Assembly (NCBI RefSeq): GCF_964213995.1 | Contig: NW_027590150.1 | Location: forward strand, 496,001 to 560,000 | Reading direction: 5' to 3' | Origin: Mustelus asterias | Lineage: Eukaryota | Length of the DNA stretch: 64,000 nt | In this document: in pieces, positions 53,001-64,000 of the stretch | Layout: each line of letters starts with the position of its first letter | Numbering within the stretch: position 1 is the first letter of the stretch | Made by a program: the position numbers and the translations under genes | Notes under the pieces: model-generated | Database searches by the model: none | The model's input: the letters and a program-made list of their open reading frames with translations, nothing else | Told to the model about the DNA's origin: nothing

Positions 53001-56000
53001 AGATGAGTTGAATATAAGCAGAGATATGATATTTTTAACATTACTTCATGGGATTCTGACGTCACTGACAGTCAGCTTTTGTTGCCAAATCATAATTTCC
53101 TTTGAGAATATGGTGGCAAGCTTTGGGAAGCTGGTGGGTGGGGTGTTCTTCGAGACAGCTACTTTCTCCAGAATGGCATTGAGCTTTTTGAGTGGCACAA
53201 GTTAGGCAAGTCGAGAATATTCAATCATTTATGTTGGAACAGACTTGATGGGCAGAAGGGCCTGTTCATGTGCTGTACTGTCCTTTGTTCATATTCCTGC
53301 CTTTTGCCTGGTAGATGATGGATAGGGTTTGGAAATTCAGGAGGTGAGCTGTTCGCCGAAGAACCTCTGGCATCTGACCTGCTCTTGTAGCTACATGATT
53401 TAAATGCCTGCTCCAGTTCAGATTTTCACGAAGTATAATGCCCAGGATGTTGATAGTGAGGGATTCTGCGCTAGTAATGCTACTTAGTGTCAAGGGGAGA
53501 TGGTTGGAATCTCCCTTACTGGAGAGGGTCATTGCCTGCCACTTGTGTGGCATTAATGTTACTTGTCACTCAATAGCCCAAGTCTGAATGTTTTCTAAGT
53601 CTTGCTTCATATGGACACAGACTGTGCCAGTACCTGAGGAGTCGGAACTGGTGCTGAACTTTGTTCAATCATCAGTGAACATCCCACATATGAACTTTGA
53701 TGATGGCTGAAGCTTAGGGCTTTGTCACTAACCTGAAGAATTCCTGCAAAGCCGTGTGACTGAGATGATTGACCATTAAGAACCACAACCATCTTCCTTT
53801 GTGTTCCAGCCAGTGGACTGTTTCCCCCTGATTCCCATTAACTGCAGTTTCGCTCGGGCTCCTTGATGCGATAAATGGTCAATTGCTGTGTCGATGTCAA
53901 GGGCACGCAACCTCTCTTCACCTTTTAATTTAAAATTTGTATCTATATTTGGACTCATTTTAAATCATTTCTGGAATCGAGTGATCCTGGCGGAACAAAA
54001 GTTAAGCATCTTGGTTTGCGTGTGTTTTGTGAAATATATCATGTTTGACAGAAATTAATTTCAAAATGATCACTTGCATCCTTCCATTTACACTACATGA
54101 TGGACACACAATAAACACATCCAATTCAGATTGGCTTCCTTGACATATGTCACCTTTTCTGATGATTGAAGAGGACAATTTTTGAAAGGTTAGTTCTGCC
54201 ACAAGTGCTGCTCATTAAGCTACCATTTGTCATAGTGTGTTATCGTTTTTGTATCATGAATGGATATTTTGGTGTAGAGCCAGTTATCACCAAAATCCTA
54301 TAGTCCTTGCCGTGCTGACGGCGTTGAATGTCTTAGCGAGATTGATCAAAGTACGTTAAAGATATGGACATATGGAACATGGAGAAGTTGTTGGCTGGAG
54401 TAAATCTTCCAACACAATCACTACACTGCACATCAGGAACACCCGGTCTGCAAGTAGATGATGTATTTCAAGTGTGACCCTAGCAAAGATCTTTCCCGTG
54501 ATGCCATGACTGAGATATGTCTGTAGCTGCAGCAGTCTCTTCCATTGGCTTACTTTGCAAAAAGTGTGATGAATTTGAATCATGCATCTCTTGTGGAATG
54601 GTGGGTGCCAGGATGGCACAGTGGATAGCTCTGTTGCCTCACATCGCCAGGGCCACAGGTTTGGTTCCCGGCTTGGGTCAGTGTCTGTGCGGAATCTGCA
54701 CATTCTTCCCGTGTATGCGTGGATTTCCTCTGGGTGCTCCTCCCACAGTCCGAAAAGGCATGCAGGTAGGGTTCACTGGCCAGGCTAAATTCTCCCTCGG
54801 TGTACCCGAACAGACGCCGCAACGTGGCGACTCGGGGATTTTCACAGTAACTTCATTGAAGTGTTAATGTAAGCCTACTTGTGTCATTAATAAATAAACT
54901 CCAAAACCTTAAATCTTCCAGCAGATAAGGAGAATGTCATAAATGTTCAGAAAAATAGTAATTATTTTCACCAACGACCATCCATTCACAATTTTTAAAA
55001 ATGCATTCACCAGTTCTCATTCATTCATAAAGATTAGTATATTTAACATTACTTTATGGGAGGTGGGCGACACTTTCTAGGCCAGCATTTGTTCCCCATT
55101 GCTAATTGCATTCAGTAAAGTGGTGGTGAACCGCCTTGTTGAACCGCTGCAAAACCTGCAGAGTAGGTACTCCCACCGTGCTGTTCGGGAGGGTGCTCAT
55201 GGATTCCGACCCAGCGACAGTATGGGAATGGTAATATATGTTCAAGTGGGGTTGATGAGTGTCTTGGGGAGGGGGGGAGGTGGGGGGGGGGGGGGGAATT
55301 TCCAGGCGGGGTTGTTCCACTTCACCAATTATCATCAATTCATACAGATAAACAATTATTTCACCAATTATATTCAGCATTTTGATAAAAGCAAAATACT
55401 ACAGATTCTGGAAACTGAAACAAAAACAATAAATTCTGGAAAATCTCAACAGGTCTGACAGCATCTGGGGAGAGAGAATAGAGCCAACATTTTGAGTCAG
55501 GATGACCAATTTTTATTTGGAGGAAATTGAAGTGGATGATGAAATTGGGAAATGATGCAGTTGGATAGGGATTAGGAAGTTTTTTTTAGAATAGAGTTAG
55601 TGATTGAGGCGTTGATTAGGTTAGTTAGGATGGAGAAGTTGAATATGATATTTGGGATCGATATCTGAATTGATGTAACTTGTGTGTGGCTCGAAATAGT
55701 GTATATCATTAAACAGTAACGACTTAAACTATTCCCATCTCACAGGAAAGTGATGCAGCTTCTCTGACACCTTGTTAGAAACAATGATGATCTCTCCAAC
55801 GCATCAGGAATACTCTGCCGAAGCGCCATCCAGACACGAAACGTTGGCTCTATTCTGTCTCCACAGAAGCTGTCAGACCTGCTGCGATTTTCCATCATTT
55901 TCTGTTTGTTTTCAGTATTTCATTCTATACAACATACAATTGTAATTTGCTTTGTAGGATGTATTGATATTAACATTTATTGGCATCATATTGGCCTTTT

Positions 56001-58859
56001 TGTCACCAAGGAATATAATCTGTCCCAGAATTCAGTGGGGAATGAAATTAATTCAGAGCGAGGATAATGAACAGCTACCCAGCAGCCTCTTCTTCATTGA
56101 CAAGTAATCACCTCATCGTCACACAGAATGTCCTGGTACATAGCTGGAGTGTGTGATGATTTTCAAAGTGATGATATAAATGAAACTACCTGTACCTCAT
56201 GTGAAGTTACTGAATCTTTAAATCCCGATCCAGTATTACACTGTTTTGGGAAGTAATGTAACACTTGTCGTTGCCCAGTGAGTCTCACAATATTTCTGTT
56301 GGTACCTTATTTACTTTTCACTCTGTTACCTTCACTAATTTAGGTGAGGGCATGTTGAGTGATTTGCTGTACGTCAAAAAACCACATGTTTCAAATATTA
56401 CAATCCTCCCTCCTCAAACTAATCATGTTCACTCTTTTTATCTTGGATATGAAGATTCAGCATCAGCAGAGAAATGAACCATCCGAGCGGCAGGAATATC
56501 TCGTCCTTCTCTTCGTGAGGATCAGTTTGCTAACTCCCGATAAACTCGGGATGGATTTCACCCAGAGACTCTGGAAGAGTTGAAGGTATTAGACTGACAC
56601 AAATGGAATAAAGGAGCTGATTCAATTTATGAAATAATCAAGCACAAATATGGGAATGTAGAACAGCATTTTTCAATGCCATCTAGCAATGCATCAATCA
56701 ATCCATTCATTGATTCCTCAATCAAAATATTCAGGCATCAAACTGTCATTCATCCAAACATCATTCATTCAAATGTCATTCATTCCTGCATCAACACAGT
56801 AATACATTTATTGTTTGCGTACATTGTGATATAATATTAATTTAATTGATCCAGTGATCCAGAGGCCTAGGACAATGATGTGAGGACAGGGATTTAAATC
56901 GGAGCATTGCAGCTGATGGAATTTGAATTCAATTAATAAATATGGAAGATATATTAATGGCGACCATTGGAACCTCTCTAATTCCCCAATGGAGGAAATC
57001 TGCCATCGCTACCTGGTCTCACAAGGATGTGACTCCAGACGGACAGCAAAAGAGCTGACTCTTTAGTATTTTCAGAAGTGCCCTAGAAAACCAGTAAGTT
57101 CAAGGGAATTTGGGACATGCAAAAAGTGCTGGTCTTTCCAACCAAGCATCTCATGGAAAGATAAAGGGAAAGAAAATACAAACATACATGTTCATGTATC
57201 GTCTCTCTGAGTCATCTCTTAGTTTGCCTGTAATTCTTTCTATCCATCCATCACAATATCTTCATGTGTTGGAAAAATCATCATTGTTGCCAACAAGGTG
57301 CCAGAGAAGCTGCATAACTTTCCTTTCTTTAGAGATGGGAACCAATCATTTCAGATTTACAACTTAAAAACATGAAAGTGCCTCCAGTACTGTTGCTGGG
57401 TAGATTTGTTTATAAATAGGCCTCATTGACAACGTGAAGGTTTCTAATTTGGCTTGCAGCCAAATGGTCAGCACTGCGGACACAGATCTTTGATCTACTG
57501 CACAAACACCCCCAGATGCTTCCTGTCAATAACTTTGAGCATTTGGCAGCAGGCTGGATTGCTGCCAAATGCTGTGGGGACAGATCAGCGTGAACCTGAA
57601 GGACAAAATGGGATTCAGCCATTTAAACAATAAATGTTTCATTCCCACAAGAATGACACATTTTAAATCGTAATCATTCTAATCAAATATTTTCATTCAC
57701 TGTCCTGTTCATTATGTGACTAAATAGTATCGCAAAGCAATAAATTGACCAGATGATTTTTCGTTTGTATAACTTGCTAGCAAATGCCATTCCAATAATT
57801 AAAGTCTGTTTATTGAACACTTCATGAAATGCGAGAGAGAGAGATGTTGATGGTCCCAATTCCCCGGTCAATTGAGATCAGAACAATGGCAAAAATGCAT
57901 CGAAATAGTATTAAAAGAACATTATAAAACTGACAAGAAAAGCGGGGATTGCTGGAATATTCTCAAAGTTCTGTATCTCATTTAAACAGCAGCGTCTCTT
58001 GTACCTGATTTGCACCGTGTTCTATGGTACAGCATAATCTGATTTCCATTATTGAAAAGTTCCTCTCATAGCTGCCAATGAGTGGAGAAATGATCAGGTC
58101 ATAACCTCATTCAATGGAAGATAAAACATTTATTCTTGTAATATTGTGAAATGTGCCGCAAAGTCCTGATATCCCGTGTTCCCAACACCCGCGAATGTTA
58201 GACAGCCGGTGGCCAATAGAGTGAGTTGCAACAATTTGGATGCTGAAAGAGAACTTTAATGACCTCCGTGTCCATTCATTCATTAACTTCTCTGTCATAA
58301 GTCGGTTTAATTTTATGTTTCTCTGTCAACTCATTATTTAATGATTAAGAGGGCGTGATTCTTATTATTTTCAAATGGCTGTCGTCGAGATTGAGGTAGT
58401 TTGACAAATATAAGGAGAAACATTGTATTGTGTGAGAGTTTCTTCTCATCTCCAAACCCAAACTGTCCAGTGATAGCCATCCACACTGTAAATGCAGTCA
58501 CTTTGTTCATCCCCCATATTTAGTTACAGAATTCGATAAACATTCTTTTGATCAATTATGCTTTATTATTGTAATGTGACAGGGATTCGGAATTGTTACA
58601 AAATAGACTGAAGGTCTCCTTATTTTCCAAAAATGTTATTTCAGCATTTTTAGATTTGTGCTCTTCTTGGGGGCGAGGTAATAAAAACACCATATTTACA
58701 ATGGAATTAGTTTTCTAAATAAAGAAATGATGAACTGCAATATCACCATCAGAAATAATGGAGACATTACAATGAACATATTCAGCCAAACAAATATCCC
58801 GACACAGATAAAATGGCCATTTTAATATTAACCTATTCTAAATCTGGGACTCCATTCTG

Positions 58860-59049
58860 TTGGGGTGTGGAAGGTGGAACCTGGATCCAGTCGCCGCCTC
58901 CAGCAGGGAATCAACAGGCGGCGCCTGGAAAGCCGCCCCCTTCTGCCGGGTATTTAAATGCCGCTCACTGGGACCGGAATCAAACAGTCCGGGAGCTGGT
59001 TTGTTCACTGATTTCCTGACACAACCATTTCCCCCAAATCACCAGAAGG
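58860..59049 (+). promoter_or_regulatory. Probable VH core promoter (TATA-like, GC-rich, no octamer)
   Basis: TATTTAAAT at 58951-58959, about 100 nt upstream of the ATG, inside a locally GC/CpG-rich patch. No ATGCAAAT or ATTTGCAT was seen nearby. Confidence 0.6.
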
Positions 59050-59095
59050 ATGAGGTCAGCGATTTCTCTCAGTTTCTTGCTGACTTTCTTATCCG
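59050..59095 (+). CDS. IGHV: IgH V leader exon (MRSAISLSFLLTFLS+G, phase-1 intron)
   Basis: ATG at 59050, 15 mostly hydrophobic codons plus 1 nt, GTGAG donor at 59096. Splices in frame to the TTTTTACAG acceptor ending at 59226, giving ...[13 protein letters not shown]. Confidence 0.93.
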
Positions 59096-59226
59096 GTGAG
59101 TAGTTTTATTTTTATTGTGCAAGTCTGACTGCTACTGTCTCAGTGTTAGTCTATCTCTGGAATGTTCCAGAATCAGCAATCATTTCACCAGGATTAATCC
59201 TCGGGGTTTTTGATCTATTTTTACAG

Positions 59227-59534
59227 GTGTCCAGTCGGAGGTTGTGTTGACTCAGCCAGAGACAGAGACCGGGCTTCCCGGAGGCTCCCTCAAACTGACC
59301 TGTAAAACCAGCGGCTTCAATCTTGGCAGCTACTGGATGGGCTGGATCCGGCAGGTTCCTGGACAGGGGCTGGAGTGGCTGACTCTCTACAAGGATTCAT
59401 CTAACACCATCTACTACGCCCCAGGGATTCAGAATCGATTTACTCCGTCCAAAGACCTTTCAAACAGCATCTCCGCTTTGGCCATGACGAACCTTAAAAT
59501 CGAAGACACCGCCATCTATTATTGTGCAAGATGG
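59227..59534 (+). CDS. IGHV: Germline immunoglobulin heavy-chain V segment, shark IgM-type
   Basis: Open frame [103 protein letters not shown]. Both Cys, the FR2 Trp and [10 protein letters not shown] are present, followed directly by an RSS. IgM rather than IgW or IgNAR is based on recognising the FR1/FR2 pattern. Confidence 0.95.
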
Positions 59535-59573
59535 CACAGCGAGAGGAACCAGGGTTGGACCCGGACAAGAACA
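59535..59573 (+). other. VH 23-RSS
   Basis: CACAGCG (59535-59541), 23-nt spacer, ACAAGAACA (59565-59573). Confidence 0.93.
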
Positions 59574-59918
59574 GCTCGAGAGGGAATTCAGCAACTTAAC
59601 TCATAACCTGAAGGTCAGTATCTGTTTTAAATGTGATATAACCGACAGTGGTCAGAACCAAACCATAATCGTGTTAAAAAAGTAGCAAAGGAAGCATTTA
59701 ACAGTAAAATTTAACAAACTCACCGATATAACGGGGTGAGATTTTCACTGACTTTATATTTATTGTAGTTTCAGCAATTACAACACTGGATATATTACTC
59801 GTTTTAATATTTCTGATAGATTGTGTTATATAAACAGTTGCCTACATTTTAAATTAGAGCAGAACTAATGGTCCATTTGAAGTGAATATTGAGCGGCAGT
59901 ACTGAACAGAATGAGTGC

Positions 59919-59999
59919 AGTTTTTGTGTGGGTGTGTGTCACTGTGATACTATGGGGGAGCCACAGTGCTGAGAAAAGCGACACCCTCATACAAAAACC
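59919..59999 (+). other. IGHD: D1 segment ATACTATGGGGGAGC (59947-59961) with 5' 12-RSS and 3' 22-RSS
   Basis: AGTTTTTGT-12-CACTGTG | D | CACAGTG-22-ACAAAAACC. All three frames are open (ILWGS, YYGG, TMGE). Confidence 0.95.
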
Positions 60000-60310
60000 T
60001 CAGAGAAGGACTTTGCTTAAATTTGTGATCAGTGCCATTGTCGAATGCCAAACAAAATGGGGTTGAACAAAATAATAGGTAGAGGCAGCATTGTTTTTTT
60101 AAAAAAGATATAAAATACTTCAAATTTATTGTTATTGATTTACATGCTGAGTGTGCACAGAGAAGGTAAAAGTTTCTAATCCCCTTTATCAATATTATGA
60201 CCAGTAAAAATTGAAATATCTCACTGACTCACTCTTAAACGAGATGGAAACAGGCTTTTGAAATAGCAGTGGAATTAACCATCTGCATGATACAGTTAAC
60301 AATCTGCCGC

Positions 60311-60378
60311 AGTATTTGTCATGCTGTGTCTCACTGTGATAACTGGGTGGCACAGCAGTTACTGTCAATACAAAAACC
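60311..60378 (+). other. IGHD: D2 segment ATAACTGGGTGG (60339-60350) with 12-RSS on both sides
   Basis: AGTATTTGT-12-CACTGTG | D | CACAGCA-12-ACAAAAACC. Confidence 0.93.
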
Positions 60379-60704
60379 CCTCAGCACCAACTGATTGAGG
60401 CTGGATCAGTGTAACTTTTAAATTCCAACTTTAATCACAGGACAGTATTATTTATGTCCAACACTGACCACATGATAAGAATGAATATGGAAAATCTGTG
60501 ATAATTACTCAGTTATCAGTTGGTGTTTTCAATAACATGTTCATGTATTCCTCTGTGAAATATAAAACATTAGGGTCATTTATAAATGGAGAATGGTATC
60601 CAGAAATACAATTATAATTTAATGAACATTAATTGACTTTGCTTTTCCTCTGGTATTTGAATATTTAAAATAATGGTGGTTTTGTGTCTATTTTGTGCAG
60701 GGAC

Positions 60705-60743
60705 CGTTATTGTACGACACAGTCCAGGGAATGTGGCACTGTG
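60705..60743 (-). other. JH 23-RSS
   Basis: CGTTATTGT (60705-60713), 23-nt spacer, CACTGTG (60737-60743). Confidence 0.88.
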
Positions 60744-60791
60744 ACTACTTCGACTACTGGGGACAAGGTACCATGGTGACGGTGACTGCAG
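60744..60791 (+). CDS. IGHJ: JH segment (YFDYWGQGTMVTVTA)
   Basis: WGXG motif, preceded by an RSS and followed by a GTAAG donor at 60792. Confidence 0.96.
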
Positions 60792-61079
60792 GTAAGAACG
60801 ATGCACTTATTGAATAATTGGTTTACATGTGTCTTTGTTTTATATTTTTGTCTATACTTATAATCAATTTGTTTACTTAAATGTGGGTTTGGTGGATTGA
60901 GAATTTTTACAATGTTTCCTGTGATTCTGCTGCAAAGGGGTTCTAGAATTCTGCTGTTTCTTGACACTAGAGGCTGCTGAGCGATTCAATCCCTAATTAT
61001 TGTGATTTTGTGTTTATCTTTTGAGGCTACTGTGTGGCTGGGTTACTTTAAAAGCCTGACGTCTGTTAAACAATTCAGC

Positions 61080-63000
61080 GTGTCGGTCATGTTTAATCTC
61101 GGGGACATCTAGTGGCTGCGGGTTGTACCATCTACTGCTCAAGTGTTTGAAATCTAACCCAATATTTTTTTAAAGTTCTAAAATTTCTAGATTAATCCAG
61201 TGAACATGTTCCACTCACTAGCAGTGCTGGTGCTGCTATGCAATATTTCTGCTTATTATAAACATTAATTACTTTGGTGATGGGTGGATTGGCTGGAATT
61301 TATATTAAAATTTTCTGTCAATGTTACATTTGATTCTGTTGAAAGTGTTTGTAGAATTGAGCTGCTTCTGCAGGAAGCGGGGTTCAGACTCTCAGTGGTG
61401 CGTTTTTTCTGGTGAGGAGATTATGTATCTGGGTGACTTTAAGTAAGTAAAATTTGTGAAATAGTTTGGTGTTTCTGCATTGTTTAAACTCGGTGACACA
61501 GCTGTTACACGCTTTGTGATTGAATATGAACAGTCTGCGGGTTTACAATTGCTTGACGCATGACTGCAGGCAGAAATCAGACAGGCTTTAGTGTGTTTGT
61601 ATTTTTAAAATTTTAAGTGATAATTGCAGGTTAAACTAAACCACGGTTTACGCCGCTCGTTCAGAACATAGTTTGTCACTGCATTCACAATCTGAGGTAC
61701 CTGCAATGTTTAATCTCGGTGGCATTTGATGGCTGGAGCTTTTACCATCCAAATGTTTGAATATGTTTGAAATATATTCCAATCTGAATAAAATGTGATA
61801 ACGTTTCAATACTAATTTGTTGGGCATATTCCATCTCCTCGCAATGCTATTGTTATTATTCCAGATTCATGTTTCCTTTAACAATTGGTTAAGAGCTGGT
61901 TTGCTAGATTCGATATTGAGATTTTCTTGCAATGTGACATTTGATTCTGTTCAATGGATAATTGAGCTGTTTCTCCATGAAACGGATTCATTCCCTCATT
62001 GATGTGTTTTGGGGTGTTTCCGTTGAGGAGATTCTGTGGTTTGGTCACTATGAATGTTTAAAATTTGTGAAATAGTTTGGCTTTGCTGCATTATTTCTGC
62101 ATTGTTCAAACTCGGTGCCACTGAGCGGTTAGACGTTTTCTGGTTGAATGCAAACAATCTTTGAGTTTGAAAATCCTTGTAGGGAGAAAACGAGCAGGTT
62201 TTGGAAAAAAAACTAAAATAAAGATATTACAGCATTTTTATAAATTTTAACTAACGCTTACAAATTAAAATACATCATGACGTACAACGCTCATTCGGAC
62301 ACTACGTCGTTGCTGCAATCAAAAACTTCTCATTAACAAGTTTAATAGTAAAATTAATATAAATCAAACAATTATTAATCGGTAATATATCTCCATATTC
62401 ACCAAAGATTACTTTGTATTGATATAATTTAGCAGTCATCCCCTTTAATAGTTCTGTTGTGCTTTTCACACAATTAACATGACCAGAAAAATTTCCAGAC
62501 TGCAAATATTTTGTGACAATTCCAGAAATTATTTCAATGATAACATGCTGTTTCCACAGCAGCTCTCAGCTGAACACGATACTTGGCATTAGTCGTTATA
62601 TCCCAGATTAAGTTCGCATTCACTGGAATACGAGTTTTGCAGAATAAGACGTTGCTTTTTGGCTATTTTTGTATCCGAATACTACATTTTTTTCCTGTGC
62701 AGTCGCAACCAGATTATTCCTTCCAAGTAATTTGTAATTGGATACCGAGATAATTAATTACTAATCTCATCTCAAAATTTGTGAAATGGTTTGGTGTTTC
62801 TCAATTGTTTCTGTATTGGTTCAACTCAGTGATACTGAACGGTTACACGTTTTCTGGCTAAATGAAAATAAAACTGCGTTTGAAAATTCTTGGAGGGGTA
62901 AAGTAAACAGGTTTCGGAAAAATAAAATAAATATATGTTAGGACTTTTATTCATGTTAACTGATGCTTACAGATTAAAATAAATCATGAATTACAATTCT
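61080..63000 (+). repeat. Diverged about 0.6-0.7 kb tandem repeats in the J-C intron
   Basis: AATTTGTGAAAT(A/G)GTTTGG...AACTC(G/A)GTG at 61451, 62062 and 62776. TGTTTAATCTCGG at 61090 and 61707. Confidence 0.8.
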
Positions 63001-64000
63001 TACTGTGTCACCGTATCTCTTCAGGGACATTACACTACCCTGAATCTTTTATATTTGATGTGCTCATTTTCAGAAAAAATACATTTTTGCCCAGTTTTCG
63101 GGATTTGAGACAGACAGGGAGAGATAGTTAAAAGGCGAAGGGAGTTTTGAAATGAACATCAGGTTAATTTAAAATATGTATTGATTTTTTTGTTGTTGTA
63201 ATTTGACCTTTGATCAATTAGAATCAAAGAGTTTGTATAAATTTGACAGAGTGAACAGAGTTTTCTGACAGGTGGAATTCGCTGACACTCAAGCAATTGT
63301 TCATATGATTGTGTTTGAATTGTAGTAAAGTGTCAACACAAACTGGCTAGAGATGGACAAGTTAATGCTTGAAATTCAAAAAGATTAATTTATGTAAAAA
63401 TATTCTGATACTATAAAAATAATATTAGCTCTGCACTTAATAATAACATCATGTCTCCCATTACTGCTGAACTCAGGATAGAATTATGGGAAGAATAAAT
63501 GACAGAATAGAAGAATTGATTATATCTGAACCTTATGTTTAATACTTGTTAAATATTATAATGAAGAAAAAGTCTGGACTTATATTCTGCATCGTGCTTT
63601 AGAGGATTTGAATCAATTGTCCTCTTTGTGTTTGCACTGTTTAATTCAGATTTTCTTTAATTAAACAATGTGTTCAGTAATTAAGTTATATGGATGGGCT
63701 AACTTTTTACATCTAGAATGCATTATTATTGATTTCAAACTGCCAGGCCGTTACAGCCTATACAAATTCAGAAGTATGCATTTTTAACACGTTTCTAGGT
63801 TATAATACGATATTTGTAGTAAAAGTGGAAAAGTAAAATATTACAATGTGATTGGATTTAAGTAAATGAATGACAGATTCTGAATGTTTCCATTCAGTAA
63901 TTTGAAATTATTGTTTAACATTGTATAAGGTTTAATTGTAACCTAATTATTTAACAATGCTGGAGGTAGAAGCACGTTTTGAATGATTGAAAACTCATTT

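Larger units (their letters stand above)
21499..56960 (+). repeat. Tandem segmental duplication: 21499-42680 versus 42815-56960
   Basis: Colinear anchor pairs 21541/42858, 23153/45062, 27441/46430, 29883/48940, 36250/50232, 40785/54600, 41521/55740 and 42650/56938. Confidence 0.88.

Noticed and set aside
14100-59500. Duplications as an assembly artefact
   Set aside because: The copies differ by many substitutions and by private transposon insertions with visible empty sites, far beyond haplotype-level difference.
59520-59526. Cryptic heptamer for VH replacement (TATTGTG)
   Set aside because: Deviates from the mammalian TACTGTG, and the upstream pseudogenes have no RSS to act as donors.
59535-59606. 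C-terminal extension of the 120-aa track ORF (HSERNQG...)
   Set aside because: Read-through of the RSS; not part of the V protein.
60718-60745. CACAGTC inside the J RSS spacer suggesting an extra D segment
   Set aside because: No nonamer follows it and there is no matching upstream RSS.
60792-64000. Constant-region exons or a classical switch region
   Set aside because: No Ig C1-domain ORF and no short G-rich or AGCT-dense repeat array was seen; the sequence is AT-rich and intron-like.

Overview
Eukaryotic, repeat-rich DNA from a cartilaginous fish, judged from the Ig cluster architecture and the HE1-like SINE/CR1 repeat content; the species cannot be fixed from sequence alone. The main gene is a germline, unrearranged immunoglobulin heavy-chain mini-cluster of IgM type on the + strand: leader (59050-59095), VH (59227-59534), D1 (59947-59961), D2 (60339-60350) and JH (60744-60791), with RSS spacers 23 / 12-22 / 12-12 / 23. 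No constant exons were recognised; the last 3.2 kb is presumably J-C intron. The 45 kb upstream (about 14.1-59.5 kb) is built from two successive tandem duplications of the VH upstream region. These left two same-orientation VH pseudogenes (about 29.8 kb and 48.9 kb) that share inactivating lesions, and three copies each of two candidate enhancer-like modules. The rest is an apparently intact CR1 LINE (30.9-35.2 kb), many CR1/L2/Rex1 fragments, tRNA-derived SINEs, Penelope-like fragments with degenerate hammerhead-ribozyme cores, and degenerate minisatellites. Almost all short ORFs in the track are repeat-derived or spurious. Repeat boundaries were read by eye and are approximate.
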